Shown: piece after piece, positions 9,501-18,278 of the stretch
Numbering within the stretch: position 1 is the stretch's first letter
Layout of the letters: every line of letters begins with the position of its first letter
Source of the DNA: an uncultured virus (IMG/VR IMGVR_UViG_3300031555_002006)
Lineage: Duplodnaviria > Heunggongvirae > Uroviricota > Caudoviricetes
IMG/VR virus record: IMGVR_UViG_3300031555_002006
Length of the DNA stretch: 64,000 nucleotides
Strand: one strand, 5' to 3'
The notes under the pieces: model-generated
Seen by the model: only the letters and a program-made list of their open reading frames with translations
What the model was told of the DNA's origin: nothing
Databases searched by the model: none
Position numbers and translations under genes: made by a program

Positions 9501-10444
9501 GCGACACCCTCAAGGCTCAGATGGACAACATCGACCGAGCAATCGACAGTGCTAAAGCGAAGGTTGCCGTTTCTGCCCATTGGGTGGATAAGCTGAACGA
9601 GTTGCCGGTGGTCAGAGAACGCAAAGACTCCGCGGTACGCCGTGTAGCTGAGATCTCTGGTGAGATTGCCGATCTCGATAAACAGATTGAAGCCCTTCTC
9701 GCTGAGAAGATCCAGCTTGCCGAACAGACCGCCGGTTATGCAGATCTGCAAGCAGAACTGCTGGCCATCGACGGCATCATCGAAAGCAAGCGTAAGGAGC
9801 TGGGAAAGGTACAGGGTGACATTGGTGCCATCCGTGTACGCCTTGACCTCATTGAGGAGCGTCGCGCCGAGATCTCCGAGAAGCAGGCGGAAGCCGTCAG
9901 CATGTCCAAGAAGGCGGCCATCTACGATACCCTGAAAGCAGCATTCTCCCAAGACGGTATTCCCCACAACATCATTCGTTCCATGCTCCCCCTTCTGACC
10001 TCCACTGCAAACACTATTCTCGGCCAGATGACCGGAGGAAAGATGGGTATGGAGTTTGTCACCGATAAGGTCCTCAAATCCAACAGCAAGAAGGAAATCC
10101 CCACGCTGGACATTATCATCAACGAGTATGGCAAAGACAGTTTGCCGTATCTCTCCAAGTCCGGCGGTGAGAAGGTCAAGGCATCCCTGTCCGCAATCCT
10201 CTCCCTTGCGGAGATCAAGAGCAGTCAGGCCGGCATCCAGCTCGGCATGCTGTTTATCGACGAGCCGCCCTTCCTCGATGCTGACGGTATCCAGGCCTAC
10301 TGTGACGCTTTGGAGACCATTCAGGCCAGATATTCCGGCTTGAAGGTCATGGCGATTACCCACGACCCCACCATGAAAGCTCGCTTCCCTCAGAGCATCG
10401 ACATCATTAAGACACCCGAAGGAAGCCGCGTAGAACTTGGATAA
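6548..10444 (+). CDS. Fused SbcD (Mre11-like phosphoesterase) and SbcC (Rad50/SMC-like ATPase)
   Basis: DWH, GDLFH, NHD and GHIH motifs; Walker A GVNGAGKS; long coiled coil; SGGEK; LFIDEP. Confidence 0.9.
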   Translation: MKILHTADWHIGNFPGPEKDGRNLRADDTGMCIQHLHDIALLKKPQMILISGDLFHQARVWADRGLHEVEVAIRALTALSDICPVVVMRGTPNHDGSEQFSMLKAHFYGDDSVHIVTEPTVLRVKGYKMTDRWVNIACLPGFDRGVFRAKFPGLSKEEENMVFTEELGKIVLALRAECDPSLPSILMSHYTVPGCNTESGQTQFLTQFEPVLLPETLDAAGFDLVALGHIHRPQQIATCKNTFYSGAINAFNFNDEGQERGFWIHEFPDAPVLDVTADTPIPAVKHTFYKTPAREFLTMHFTQTDIDGINAGVLDDVAHNWWKWDNSVEGKIVRVLYTCTEDAHKAFNRSLLEKQLYADGAFWVSEISPEQVTIGTNKDELSEKTDPEKNLRLYLDEKGLPDTDVGEIVEIARPIIGAATASTLSSQFSGAFVPVSIEVKNYRNYAEAYFDFTDISFCTINGVNGAGKSSLFMDAILDCLFEEPREGDLTGWIRADEKARSGSICFTFSIGEHVFRVTRTRAKSGKATLNIAEKLNGEWQNRSAEKIKDTQAMIENILGMDSLTFRSCALIMQDQYGLFLQASKEDRMAILGNILGLGVYGAMEHIARNCLSDVNRLIAQNKTVIATLSQGIEEADQLESDYVELQSMAEDLHRDVVGNSMRKDTVTAKLSALSQARDRAKKVEDSIVDVSTKKAALRRNLEDYERVIALADGTLKDEEVIRAGAAAHPANLEEEKQLLADKAALKVRMDTVDSTAAEYRRCLDEEKRLAKRIEDLTAHKAMLKQHYDHAMQCESAAQKLAEGLRYIEEAEATEVKYREETSRLQALQAEYQGAKGAFDAEAIARKDKVDALEVKARMLADSRCLDVENATCRFLSDAKAAKAVLEKYRPECTAWKEAGLAALEDLRTRISAIQDALIRMNYDPSKLAAVRREVESYRKDAEIYEHRTVYVDMIASDDEQIEQAMSDRASVQTRIAALRTQVDLSDTLKAQMDNIDRAIDSAKAKVAVSAHWVDKLNELPVVRERKDSAVRRVAEISGEIADLDKQIEALLAEKIQLAEQTAGYADLQAELLAIDGIIESKRKELGKVQGDIGAIRVRLDLIEERRAEISEKQAEAVSMSKKAAIYDTLKAAFSQDGIPHNIIRSMLPLLTSTANTILGQMTGGKMGMEFVTDKVLKSNSKKEIPTLDIIINEYGKDSLPYLSKSGGEKVKASLSAILSLAEIKSSQAGIQLGMLFIDEPPFLDADGIQAYCDALETIQARYSGLKVMAITHDPTMKARFPQSIDIIKTPEGSRVELG

Positions 10445-10503
10445 CATCATCCCCACGGTGGTGCTTGCGCAGCGCCACCGTGGGACCGAGAGGAGGAAGA
10501 GTA

Positions 10504-11481
10504 GTGATACCGTGGATACAGGTCTACTCCAACATACTCACCCACGATAAGACCTATTCGCTGGCCGAGGCGCTAAAGGTCCCCAATTACTCAGCTGTAG
10601 GGCTCATGGTCTCCCTGTGGTGCTGGGTGGCTGTAAATGCCCCTGACGGCGACATCACGAGGTATCCTCCTCGCGCTATCACAGAAGCTACAGGATGGAC
10701 AAAGAAGCCCGAAACATTCTATAACGCCTTGGTAAACGCCGGGCTTATAGAAAAAACTGAGGACGGCCGTGCGGTGATAAGGAATTGGGAGCAATACGCC
10801 ATGCTGCTTATCGATCTGATGTCCAGTCAGAAAAAGAAGACGGCTGAGCGTGTCAAAAAGCACCGGGAACGCAAGAAGCAGCGGGAGCAGGCTGGTGACG
10901 ATCCTGCACCGCAGGAAGAAACGCCACCTGTAACACCCGAACCGGAAGAAGTGAAACAGGGGTGTAACGTTACAGAAACGGAAAGTAACGCTCTACATAA
11001 CATAACCCTACATAACCCTACAGGACATAACCCTTCTCCTAACGGAGAAGATATAAATTCTTTTGTTGTTGATGATGATGGGCCGGCCGCCCGAGCGAAA
11101 AAAATCATTGACGATTATGTGGACGAACGAGACCTTCGGATTGAGAGCTTTTTCGGTCAGAACGAGCAGACCATGGCTGAGATCCGTGAGATCACGGAAC
11201 AGATATTCAAGAAGTTCTCCCTCCGCAGACCTACCGACAACGATGTCGCCCAGGTGTTCTTCCACGTCAAGCACCAAGACAGACTCCAAACCGGGGAATG
11301 GGCGCTTAGCTTTGATGATGACGCCCTCAAGCTGCTCATGTATTGCTTCGAGCAGGCCTCTAATGCATCTTGCCCGGGTAATTGGAACTACATCAACGGA
11401 TGCATGGCTAAGCTTGCTCAGCGTGGCATCCGCACCCTGCAACAGGCAGAAGATTACGACTGGGAGCGTGAAAAAGCCTAA
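10504..11481 (+). CDS. Phage replication initiator (C-terminal DnaD-like region)
   Basis: GLMVSLWCW, IRNWEQY, ERVKKHRE, NWNYINGCM..L..RGIRTL; internal repeats. Confidence 0.75.
   Translation: MIPWIQVYSNILTHDKTYSLAEALKVPNYSAVGLMVSLWCWVAVNAPDGDITRYPPRAITEATGWTKKPETFYNALVNAGLIEKTEDGRAVIRNWEQYAMLLIDLMSSQKKKTAERVKKHRERKKQREQAGDDPAPQEETPPVTPEPEEVKQGCNVTETESNALHNITLHNPTGHNPSPNGEDINSFVVDDDGPAARAKKIIDDYVDERDLRIESFFGQNEQTMAEIREITEQIFKKFSLRRPTDNDVAQVFFHVKHQDRLQTGEWALSFDDDALKLLMYCFEQASNASCPGNWNYINGCMAKLAQRGIRTLQQAEDYDWEREKA
10963..11034. repeat. Candidate replication origin iterons inside the initiator gene
   Basis: Palindrome tgtaacgttaca (10963-10974) and repeated acataac(cct) units, followed by an AT-rich stretch. 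Confidence 0.5.
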
Positions 11482-12365
11482 TGAAACACATCACGAGAGT
11501 AGCCAGAGGTGAACGGCAGCGGACAATGATCAAGCTGTTCGATGGCCTGTGCGGCAGTCGCTCTCGATGGCAAGTGTGGTCCGATATGGTCTACATGATG
11601 GCGGCCAGTATTTCAAACTTGGTCGATAAGAGCAATTTCAAGAGCCGAGAAGAACACTACCTCGCCATTGCCAAGCACTACAACGAGCGGCAGATGGATT
11701 GCTTCGCGAAGATCTTCGCTGAGATCGTGTTGGAGCTGGAAGAACGACCGGAGCAGGATCTCCTTGGCGAGCTCTATATGGCGCTCGAACTTGGAAACGC
11801 CCACAACGGCCAGTTTTTCACCCCCTACGACGTATGCCGCGCCATGGCATCAATCTCCAACGACAACCTCAAGGCGCGCATTGAGCGCGACCATTGGATC
11901 TCCGTCAATGACCCGGCCTGCGGTGCGGGCGCCCTGTTGGTGGCTTTTGCCAACGAATGCCGCCGTCCCGGCGTGGACATTAACTATCAGACCTCCGTCT
12001 TGTTTGTTGCCCAGGACATTGACATGGTTGCGGGCCTGATGTGCTACATACAGCTGAGCCTACTCGGTTGCCCCGGGTATGTGGCTATTGCGAACACCCT
12101 CACAAACCCCTGCACCTCTATCGACGGCCGCGGCCTTATCCCTCGCCATGGTGAGCACATTTGGTACACACCCTTCTATTTCCGCGAGGAATGGCACTGG
12201 CGCCGCATAGCGGCACAGATGGATATGCTTATCAACTCGGGCAGATCGCTTGAACAAGCGACAAGCGACAGAAAACAAGCGACAGAAACGAGTGAACCGC
12301 CAAAGCCCGAACCGGCTACACCGGAGCCGCAGGCGGATAAGTTCGGACAGCTGACCTTGTTCTGA
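11481..12365 (+). CDS. N6-adenine methyltransferase-like protein
   Basis: GQFFTP and DPACGAG SAM-binding motifs; no NPP(Y/F) motif. Confidence 0.7.
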   Translation: MKHITRVARGERQRTMIKLFDGLCGSRSRWQVWSDMVYMMAASISNLVDKSNFKSREEHYLAIAKHYNERQMDCFAKIFAEIVLELEERPEQDLLGELYMALELGNAHNGQFFTPYDVCRAMASISNDNLKARIERDHWISVNDPACGAGALLVAFANECRRPGVDINYQTSVLFVAQDIDMVAGLMCYIQLSLLGCPGYVAIANTLTNPCTSIDGRGLIPRHGEHIWYTPFYFREEWHWRRIAAQMDMLINSGRSLEQATSDRKQATETSEPPKPEPATPEPQADKFGQLTLF

Positions 12366-12370
12366 GAGGA

Positions 12371-12730
12371 ATGCCTATGTCGAACAATGTGAACAGATCT
12401 CGGTTTATCGGCTTGCCGGGATTTCGTGAGTCAGAAGCCGGTTTAGAAGAGCGAGGGAGACCGAGCCACTGGATTTTCGATACCGTGGACACGGGAGATC
12501 CTCACGCCATCTTCGTAAAGAACGGAAAGCCCTGGTACCGAAGCGAATGCCCCTTCTTTGAGGGCTATTGGTTACTCGGCGGCTGCGGCTCCGTGCAGTG
12601 CGGTAAGTGCCATACGGTATTGCCCGGCCTGCTTTGGGACCACACCTGCAGCAAAGATCATGCAGCCTGCCCCATTTATCGGGACGAGCCTTGGGAGGCT
12701 GACAGCAACGACCAGGTCAAGCTTTTCTGA
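12371..12730 (+). CDS. Cys-rich hypothetical protein
   Basis: ORF within the operon. Confidence 0.5.
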   Translation: MPMSNNVNRSRFIGLPGFRESEAGLEERGRPSHWIFDTVDTGDPHAIFVKNGKPWYRSECPFFEGYWLLGGCGSVQCGKCHTVLPGLLWDHTCSKDHAACPIYRDEPWEADSNDQVKLF

Positions 12731-12742
12731 AAGGAGCCCCAT

Positions 12743-13282
12743 ATGGAGAAAGTTATTGATATAACCTCGAAGCAAAATTATACCCAGCTGGCGGTTGAGA
12801 AGATCGCCGAGGAGCTGAAAACTTTTAAGGGCGACCGCTACGGCGAAGCCGTGAAAAACCATGTCGCTTCCACCATTACCCATTTCTGCGAGCAGGAACC
12901 CCGCTTTGCAGAGGTGGTCTACAAGACCAAGCGAACGCTCTCCGACTGCTGTGCGGAGATCATGAAAGGCTGCGGTACCAGCATTTCTGACATCGATGTG
13001 TATCGTGGCGCAGTTAAGAACTACTTCCCCAATGCAGAGGTCGTGTTCACCATGACCATCAGCATCGATGGTGACGCCCCATCCGAGGACGAAATGAACC
13101 GTGAGGTGCGGAAACCTGAACCCAAGAAGCCCGCCAAGGCTGCGGCACCCAAGCCCGAAAAGCCCAAGGCGGCGAAGCCGGCACCGTCACCCAAGCCGAA
13201 GACTGCACAGCCAGCCAAGGCACCCGAAAAGCCCAAGGAAAAATCCAAGGCGCCCGAAGTCATTCAGCTTACGCTGTTTTGA
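12743..13282 (+). CDS. PcfK-like protein
   Basis: KRTLSDCC...ISDIDVYRGAVKNYF, Pro/Lys-rich linker, QLTLF tail; precedes PcfJ-like gene. Confidence 0.55.
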   Translation: MEKVIDITSKQNYTQLAVEKIAEELKTFKGDRYGEAVKNHVASTITHFCEQEPRFAEVVYKTKRTLSDCCAEIMKGCGTSISDIDVYRGAVKNYFPNAEVVFTMTISIDGDAPSEDEMNREVRKPEPKKPAKAAAPKPEKPKAAKPAPSPKPKTAQPAKAPEKPKEKSKAPEVIQLTLF

Positions 13283-13296
13283 TGGGAGGGGATACG

Positions 13297-15231
13297 ATGC
13301 TGGTTAAGAAAGAATTATTGACCCTGCCGTTGCTCCCCATCCCCAAGATCAAACAGCCCAGAAGCCAGACCCGCCGCTTTATCGTGGCGGTAGACATCGT
13401 GAAGCTGCCCCGCAGTGGCGAGATCCTGGTTGCCGATTTTTACGAGCGTGCCGGCAAGACGCTCAAGATGCGATTTTTCTCAGACGCCAAGAACTTCATC
13501 TGTTGCCGGGAATGGCCTGCTCAGAAATGGACAGAACGAAATCCGCGCGTGGAATTACAGCAGTGGAACACCGACTGTGTCCCTGAAGATAGCGAGAGGG
13601 TCAAGAGCTTCCTTGGTGCCGGCCGCAGCTGGTATTGCTCCGGCGTCCTCGGTTGGATCGACGCTTTCTGCTGTGATGTCCAGTCGGAGTACCGGGAGCG
13701 CAGAGAACATAATCGGCGAGAGCTTCAAAAGAAGCACTTCGCCATGTATCCCGAACTGCCGAAAGATCTCCCGCAGTATTGCGACGAGCACGTCTTCGAT
13801 CTCGGCTACATCTTCTTTGCTGCGCAGGACAAGCAAGGCAAGCGAGAGGGTTTCTGTAGCGAGTGCGGACAGCACTTCCCTATCGAAAAGGGCGTAAGAT
13901 CTGGAAGCATCACCTTCTGCCCCAAGTGCGGCAAGGCCGTCCAGTACCGGGCTATGTGGATCAAGAGTGATGTGGTCAACAAGGCAAAGCTTTGTGTCAC
14001 TGCCAACGTCGACGGGCAGCTGCTTATCCGATGGATGCACGTTGAGCGCGTCTTCGCATGGCCTGAGTTTCAGAAAAAATACTACTTTGACGATTACGCC
14101 TATAACCTCCACCTCCACACTTCGCAAGGGCCGAAGCTGTATTTCTACAAGTGGCTCAAGGGTCCGTACTGCTACAGCTACGACTGGTACCGGGGCCAGA
14201 TCGGGGATTACTGCTATGATGCAAGCTATGTGTATACCCGAAATCTGGACGAGGTGTTCGGGACGGATTACTACCATGTGAACATGAAAGAGATCCTTTC
14301 CGAGCACGATGTCCAAGTGCCGTTTGCAAAACTGCTGAACAATTTGAAGAATAAGCCCTCGGCCGAGTATCTTTTCAAGCTCGGTATGCCATCTCTGGCA
14401 GCGTCCGCCGACTATCTCGGTTCCCAAGATCGAGAGGACGAGAATGGCTTCACCGGCGTTTTGGGTGTCAGCAAGCAGCTGCTCGACCTGTATAGCACCA
14501 TGAACGTCTCCTTGCACGAGCACCGGGTTATCAAAGCCTATGGCAAATGGGTAAGCAAAGAAGATCTTGAGAGCTACCGAGCCCTTGGAGATCTGAGCGG
14601 CGCCCAAGACGAGGTTATCCAGCTGCTCCGCACTATGAGCATCAGCAAGTTCGTTCGGTACTTCGCCAAGCAGAAAGCCGCAAACCCAAAGGCGAAGATC
14701 AAGAATATCGTCATCCAATACCGCGACTACATCGATATGTCTATCGGCCTGAAAGTTGATCTATCCCACAAATCCGTGCGCTTCCCGGCAGACTGCATGG
14801 AAGCTCACGCTCAGATCCTGGGCAGGTTCAATGCCGTCAAGCATGAGGTTGAGGACACGATCTTTGTCGAGAAGGTAAAAGACCTTTACGCGAGACTCAG
14901 CGTCACAGAGTTCGAAAAAGACGGCTTCTGCATCATCCTCCCGCAGCTGAGAAGCGACCTCATTACCGAAGGTCAGTCCCTCAACCACTGCGTAGGTGGT
15001 GAGGGGTATTACAAGAACCATATCGCCGGCACGAAAATGATTTTCTTCGTCAGAAAGTCCGACCGGCCGAACAAGCCGTTCTTTACGCTGGAGGTCAATA
15101 TGGACACATACAAGATCAATCAGCTGTACGGCTTCGGCGACTGTTCAGCACCCAAGGAGGTCAGACGCTTTGCGGAAGCGTTTGTAAAGAAACTCGCCGC
15201 ACCCGCAGCGGCACAGCGGAGGACGGCATGA
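13297..15231 (+). CDS. PcfJ-like protein
   Basis: YRDYIDM, EGQSLNHCVG, IFFVRK...PFFTLE; double Zn ribbon. Confidence 0.85.
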   Translation: MLVKKELLTLPLLPIPKIKQPRSQTRRFIVAVDIVKLPRSGEILVADFYERAGKTLKMRFFSDAKNFICCREWPAQKWTERNPRVELQQWNTDCVPEDSERVKSFLGAGRSWYCSGVLGWIDAFCCDVQSEYRERREHNRRELQKKHFAMYPELPKDLPQYCDEHVFDLGYIFFAAQDKQGKREGFCSECGQHFPIEKGVRSGSITFCPKCGKAVQYRAMWIKSDVVNKAKLCVTANVDGQLLIRWMHVERVFAWPEFQKKYYFDDYAYNLHLHTSQGPKLYFYKWLKGPYCYSYDWYRGQIGDYCYDASYVYTRNLDEVFGTDYYHVNMKEILSEHDVQVPFAKLLNNLKNKPSAEYLFKLGMPSLAASADYLGSQDREDENGFTGVLGVSKQLLDLYSTMNVSLHEHRVIKAYGKWVSKEDLESYRALGDLSGAQDEVIQLLRTMSISKFVRYFAKQKAANPKAKIKNIVIQYRDYIDMSIGLKVDLSHKSVRFPADCMEAHAQILGRFNAVKHEVEDTIFVEKVKDLYARLSVTEFEKDGFCIILPQLRSDLITEGQSLNHCVGGEGYYKNHIAGTKMIFFVRKSDRPNKPFFTLEVNMDTYKINQLYGFGDCSAPKEVRRFAEAFVKKLAAPAAAQRRTA

Positions 15232-15416
15232 TGAAGATCTACAGCCTGAAGCACGGCTCCCTCAACGAGCAGGACCGTTTAGAGCTTGCCCGGCTGCTCA
15301 TTAAAGCCGGCTATACCGTGAGGATCGGCGCCGAAGCGCCGCCCTCTAATCCCAAAGGCAATAAGCGCCATTTTGTAGAATTCACCGAAGGAGGTACATC
15401 GAATGCACAGGTGTAG
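15228..15416 (+). CDS. Hypothetical protein
   Basis: Overlapping start/stop with neighbours. Confidence 0.55.
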   Translation: MMKIYSLKHGSLNEQDRLELARLLIKAGYTVRIGAEAPPSNPKGNKRHFVEFTEGGTSNAQV

Positions 15417-16350
15417 TATCGAATGGCTTGATTACGTATGGAACCCTATCACAGGGTGTCTGAATAGCTGTGAGTATTGCAGCGCCCGAAAGCAGTCGCT
15501 TCAGCAATGCGGCGACCGCAGACTGAATATGTCCTCGGCTAAGAGATGGAAGGACACGGAGATCTTCTATCTCGAGAAGCCGTTTGGTGCCAGAAGCGGG
15601 CGTTCTCTCGTATTTCCTTATGGGTATGCTCCTACATTCCACGAGTACCGCATGGACAATTTGACCAGACGGAAAGTTGGAGCACGTATCCTTGTCGGCT
15701 CCATGGGCGAGATGTTCGGCGATTGGGTGCCGGACGAGCTGATCGAGAGAGTCTTCGCGGAATGCGCCAAGTATCCGCAGCACACCTATTTCTTCCTGAC
15801 CAGGAACCCGGCTCGATACCTCAAACTGGCCGAAGCCGGCAAATTGCCGAAGCGCGACAACATGTGGTACGGAACAACGGTACCCACCGAAGAAACGGAG
15901 TATTTCTTCGCCGACGGCTATAAGGTGTACATCAACATCGAGCCCCTGCTTGGTGATTTTTCGTTCCCTCGAAATCTGCGAGTCGATTGGGTTATCGTCG
16001 GAGCTGAGGTAAAAGTCAGAAAACAGCCCGTCATTCCCCAGAAGGAGTGGGTCTACAGCCTTATCCAAGCCTGCGAGAGTCACGGTATCCCTTTGTTCAT
16101 GCGGAATAGTCTTGCTGAATTGATGGCCGCCGATTTCATGCAGGTATACCCCGATATTTTGACCGTCAAGCCCGAATTGACGATCAAGCAGAAGGAACGA
16201 CTGCTGGATGCTTGCGGCTTCTGCAAGCAGAATATGCCCAAAATGGAAATGAACACCATCACCGTCAGAAAAGGCAGACACGGTCAGAACAAGACTCTCG
16301 GCTTCCTCTGTGATGCGTGTATGGAAAAACTGCGTAAGAAAATGGAGTGA
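15403..16350 (+). CDS. DUF5131 (phage gp37/gp68-like) radical-SAM-like protein
   Basis: IEWLDYVWNPITGCLNSCEYC, SMGEMF, IEPLL, DWVIVGAE. Confidence 0.8.
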   Translation: MHRCSIEWLDYVWNPITGCLNSCEYCSARKQSLQQCGDRRLNMSSAKRWKDTEIFYLEKPFGARSGRSLVFPYGYAPTFHEYRMDNLTRRKVGARILVGSMGEMFGDWVPDELIERVFAECAKYPQHTYFFLTRNPARYLKLAEAGKLPKRDNMWYGTTVPTEETEYFFADGYKVYINIEPLLGDFSFPRNLRVDWVIVGAEVKVRKQPVIPQKEWVYSLIQACESHGIPLFMRNSLAELMAADFMQVYPDILTVKPELTIKQKERLLDACGFCKQNMPKMEMNTITVRKGRHGQNKTLGFLCDACMEKLRKKME

Positions 16351-16355
16351 TAAAG

Positions 16356-16649
16356 ATGGCAAAGAAGAGAAACTGCCGTAAGAGCGATTTCGAGAAGGAG
16401 CAGCACGAACGTGCTACTCGCCTTCGCAAGATGACGGACGCTCAGATCTGCGAGTATCTGGACTCGCTGACTCCCGTCAGAACCTGTCCCCATGACTGCG
16501 CCGGAGCGCCCGGAGCAGCTGCACGAGTGATCGACCATCTGCTGTGCAAGCTTGACGAGAGCTGCGGCACCGGCAATGGTATCGGCAAGTCCACGGTGTT
16601 CAAGCTGAGAAAGTTCGTGGAAAAAGAGGGTTTGATGGATGGGGTATAA
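16356..16649 (+). CDS. Hypothetical protein
   Basis: ORF within the operon. Confidence 0.55.
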   Translation: MAKKRNCRKSDFEKEQHERATRLRKMTDAQICEYLDSLTPVRTCPHDCAGAPGAAARVIDHLLCKLDESCGTGNGIGKSTVFKLRKFVEKEGLMDGV

Positions 16650-17232
16650 AGGCTGGGAAGGCTTTAATCCCAACGCCAAGGGCGGGAAAAAGCCGAGTGC
16701 GAAGCGTCAGTACCAAGGGTACAGGAGCCACGAAGTAGGCGACCAGCTGGAAGAATACATAAGGGCTGCCTGCGAGGTTTACCGCCTGTACCATTTGGCA
16801 GAAGTCGAAAAGACCCCCGAGCCGTTCAAGGTCATGGGTCCGAAGCATCAGCTTGCCAATGGTGCATGGGGCTTTGAGGGCGTCTTCACCACCCAGGCTC
16901 AACCCGATTTCAAGGGGACGCTCAAGGGCGGCAGATCTGTCGTTTTTGAGGCCAAGGCTTCGGAGAGCGGCCAGATCAAGCAGAGCGTAGTTACCCACGA
17001 ACAGGAGCGCGCACTATCCTCGCACGCAGCCCTTGGCGCCGTAGCCTTTGTTCTTGTGTCCCTGTCCTTGCGTGACTTCTACCGCGTACCGTGGAGTGTG
17101 TGGAAGGACATGAAGTCACTGTACGGGCGCAAGTACATGACGGCCGAGGAGCTGGAAAAATACCGCGTGTCATTCAAAAACGGATTTCTGCATCTTTTTG
17201 ATAACTTGGAGGAAACGCATGAAAATCGATAA
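16639..17232 (+). CDS. recU: RecU-like Holliday junction resolvase
   Basis: EKTPEP, PDFKG, VFEAK and HEQ..L motifs. Confidence 0.8.
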   Translation: MGYKGWEGFNPNAKGGKKPSAKRQYQGYRSHEVGDQLEEYIRAACEVYRLYHLAEVEKTPEPFKVMGPKHQLANGAWGFEGVFTTQAQPDFKGTLKGGRSVVFEAKASESGQIKQSVVTHEQERALSSHAALGAVAFVLVSLSLRDFYRVPWSVWKDMKSLYGRKYMTAEELEKYRVSFKNGFLHLFDNLEETHENR

Positions 17233-18277
17233 AAGTGAGATCGCCGGTAAACTGGCGATGCTGAGAAAAACAATCCCCTCAAAAACGGACATTGAGTGTC
17301 TGCGCGGCGTACTGGTCACAGACCGCACCATGACGGCGACCAATCTGAACACCACCTTGCAGACTACCATCGACTGCGACCCCGCGGAGAGGTTCATCCT
17401 CCCCATCAAGGCAATCGAAATGATCGAGAGCCTGCCCGAAGGTGTGGTCGAGATCCAGGCCGAGAAAGACAACACCCTGTTCATTCGCTCTGGCAGCATC
17501 AGGAACAGGATCGCAACCTATCCCGCCGACGACTTCCCCGCCGTAGACATCCTCGAAGGAGCGGAAGCGGTGGGCATCGAGAGCGACCGCCTGCAGGATG
17601 CCATCAACACCGTTCTGTATGCCGTCGCAACAACGTCGCCCCGCCCGGCCGCAACCGGCTTGCTGTTTGAGGGTGACGGCGAAAACCTCAACCTCGTAGC
17701 ACTGGACGGGTACCGCGTGGCCTGGGCGAAGATCCCCTACACCAGTGAGTTCCGTATGATCGTTCCCCGCGCAGCTGTTCAGACGCTGCTTACTCTCGGG
17801 CTGAGCGGTACGGTCAATATCCGCTATAACCGCAGAGCAGCTATCTTCGAGGTCTCTGATTATACGTTCTACTCCCGCCTGCTGGAGGGCGAGTACCCGG
17901 AATACAAGAAGGTGTTCCCCGAACACAAGAACAGTGTTCTTATTGACCGCAGAGCAATGATGGAGAGTATCAGACGCGCCACGATCTGCCTTGAAGAAAA
18001 GTCCCGCCCCATGGTCGTGCTCGATATCGACGATAACGAACTGCTTCTCAGCACCAAGTCTGGCATCGGCGATTATTCCGAAGCTCTCCGCTTGGAAGCT
18101 CCGGCAGAGCAGAAAGTCAAGATCGGCTTCAACGGCCGCTATTTGCAGGACTGCTTCAAGTCCTATGACGGCGAGGTTGTGGAGTGCTTCTTTGGCACAG
18201 GCAACCAGCCTATGGTCGTAGATGACGGCGAGATCAAGTCCCTCGTACTTCCTGTGCGCCTGTCGGGAGCGAATTGA
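17219..18277 (+). CDS. dnaN: DNA polymerase III beta sliding clamp
   Basis: ATNL, VALDGYRVA, RLLEGEYPEY, IGFNGRYL, LVLPVR. Confidence 0.9.
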   Translation: MKIDKSEIAGKLAMLRKTIPSKTDIECLRGVLVTDRTMTATNLNTTLQTTIDCDPAERFILPIKAIEMIESLPEGVVEIQAEKDNTLFIRSGSIRNRIATYPADDFPAVDILEGAEAVGIESDRLQDAINTVLYAVATTSPRPAATGLLFEGDGENLNLVALDGYRVAWAKIPYTSEFRMIVPRAAVQTLLTLGLSGTVNIRYNRRAAIFEVSDYTFYSRLLEGEYPEYKKVFPEHKNSVLIDRRAMMESIRRATICLEEKSRPMVVLDIDDNELLLSTKSGIGDYSEALRLEAPAEQKVKIGFNGRYLQDCFKSYDGEVVECFFGTGNQPMVVDDGEIKSLVLPVRLSGAN

Positions 18278-18278
18278 T

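Noticed and set aside
13110..13260. Pro/Lys/Ala-rich quasi-repeats
   Set aside because: Low-complexity protein linker; similar linkers occur at about 26410-26490 and 34920-34970
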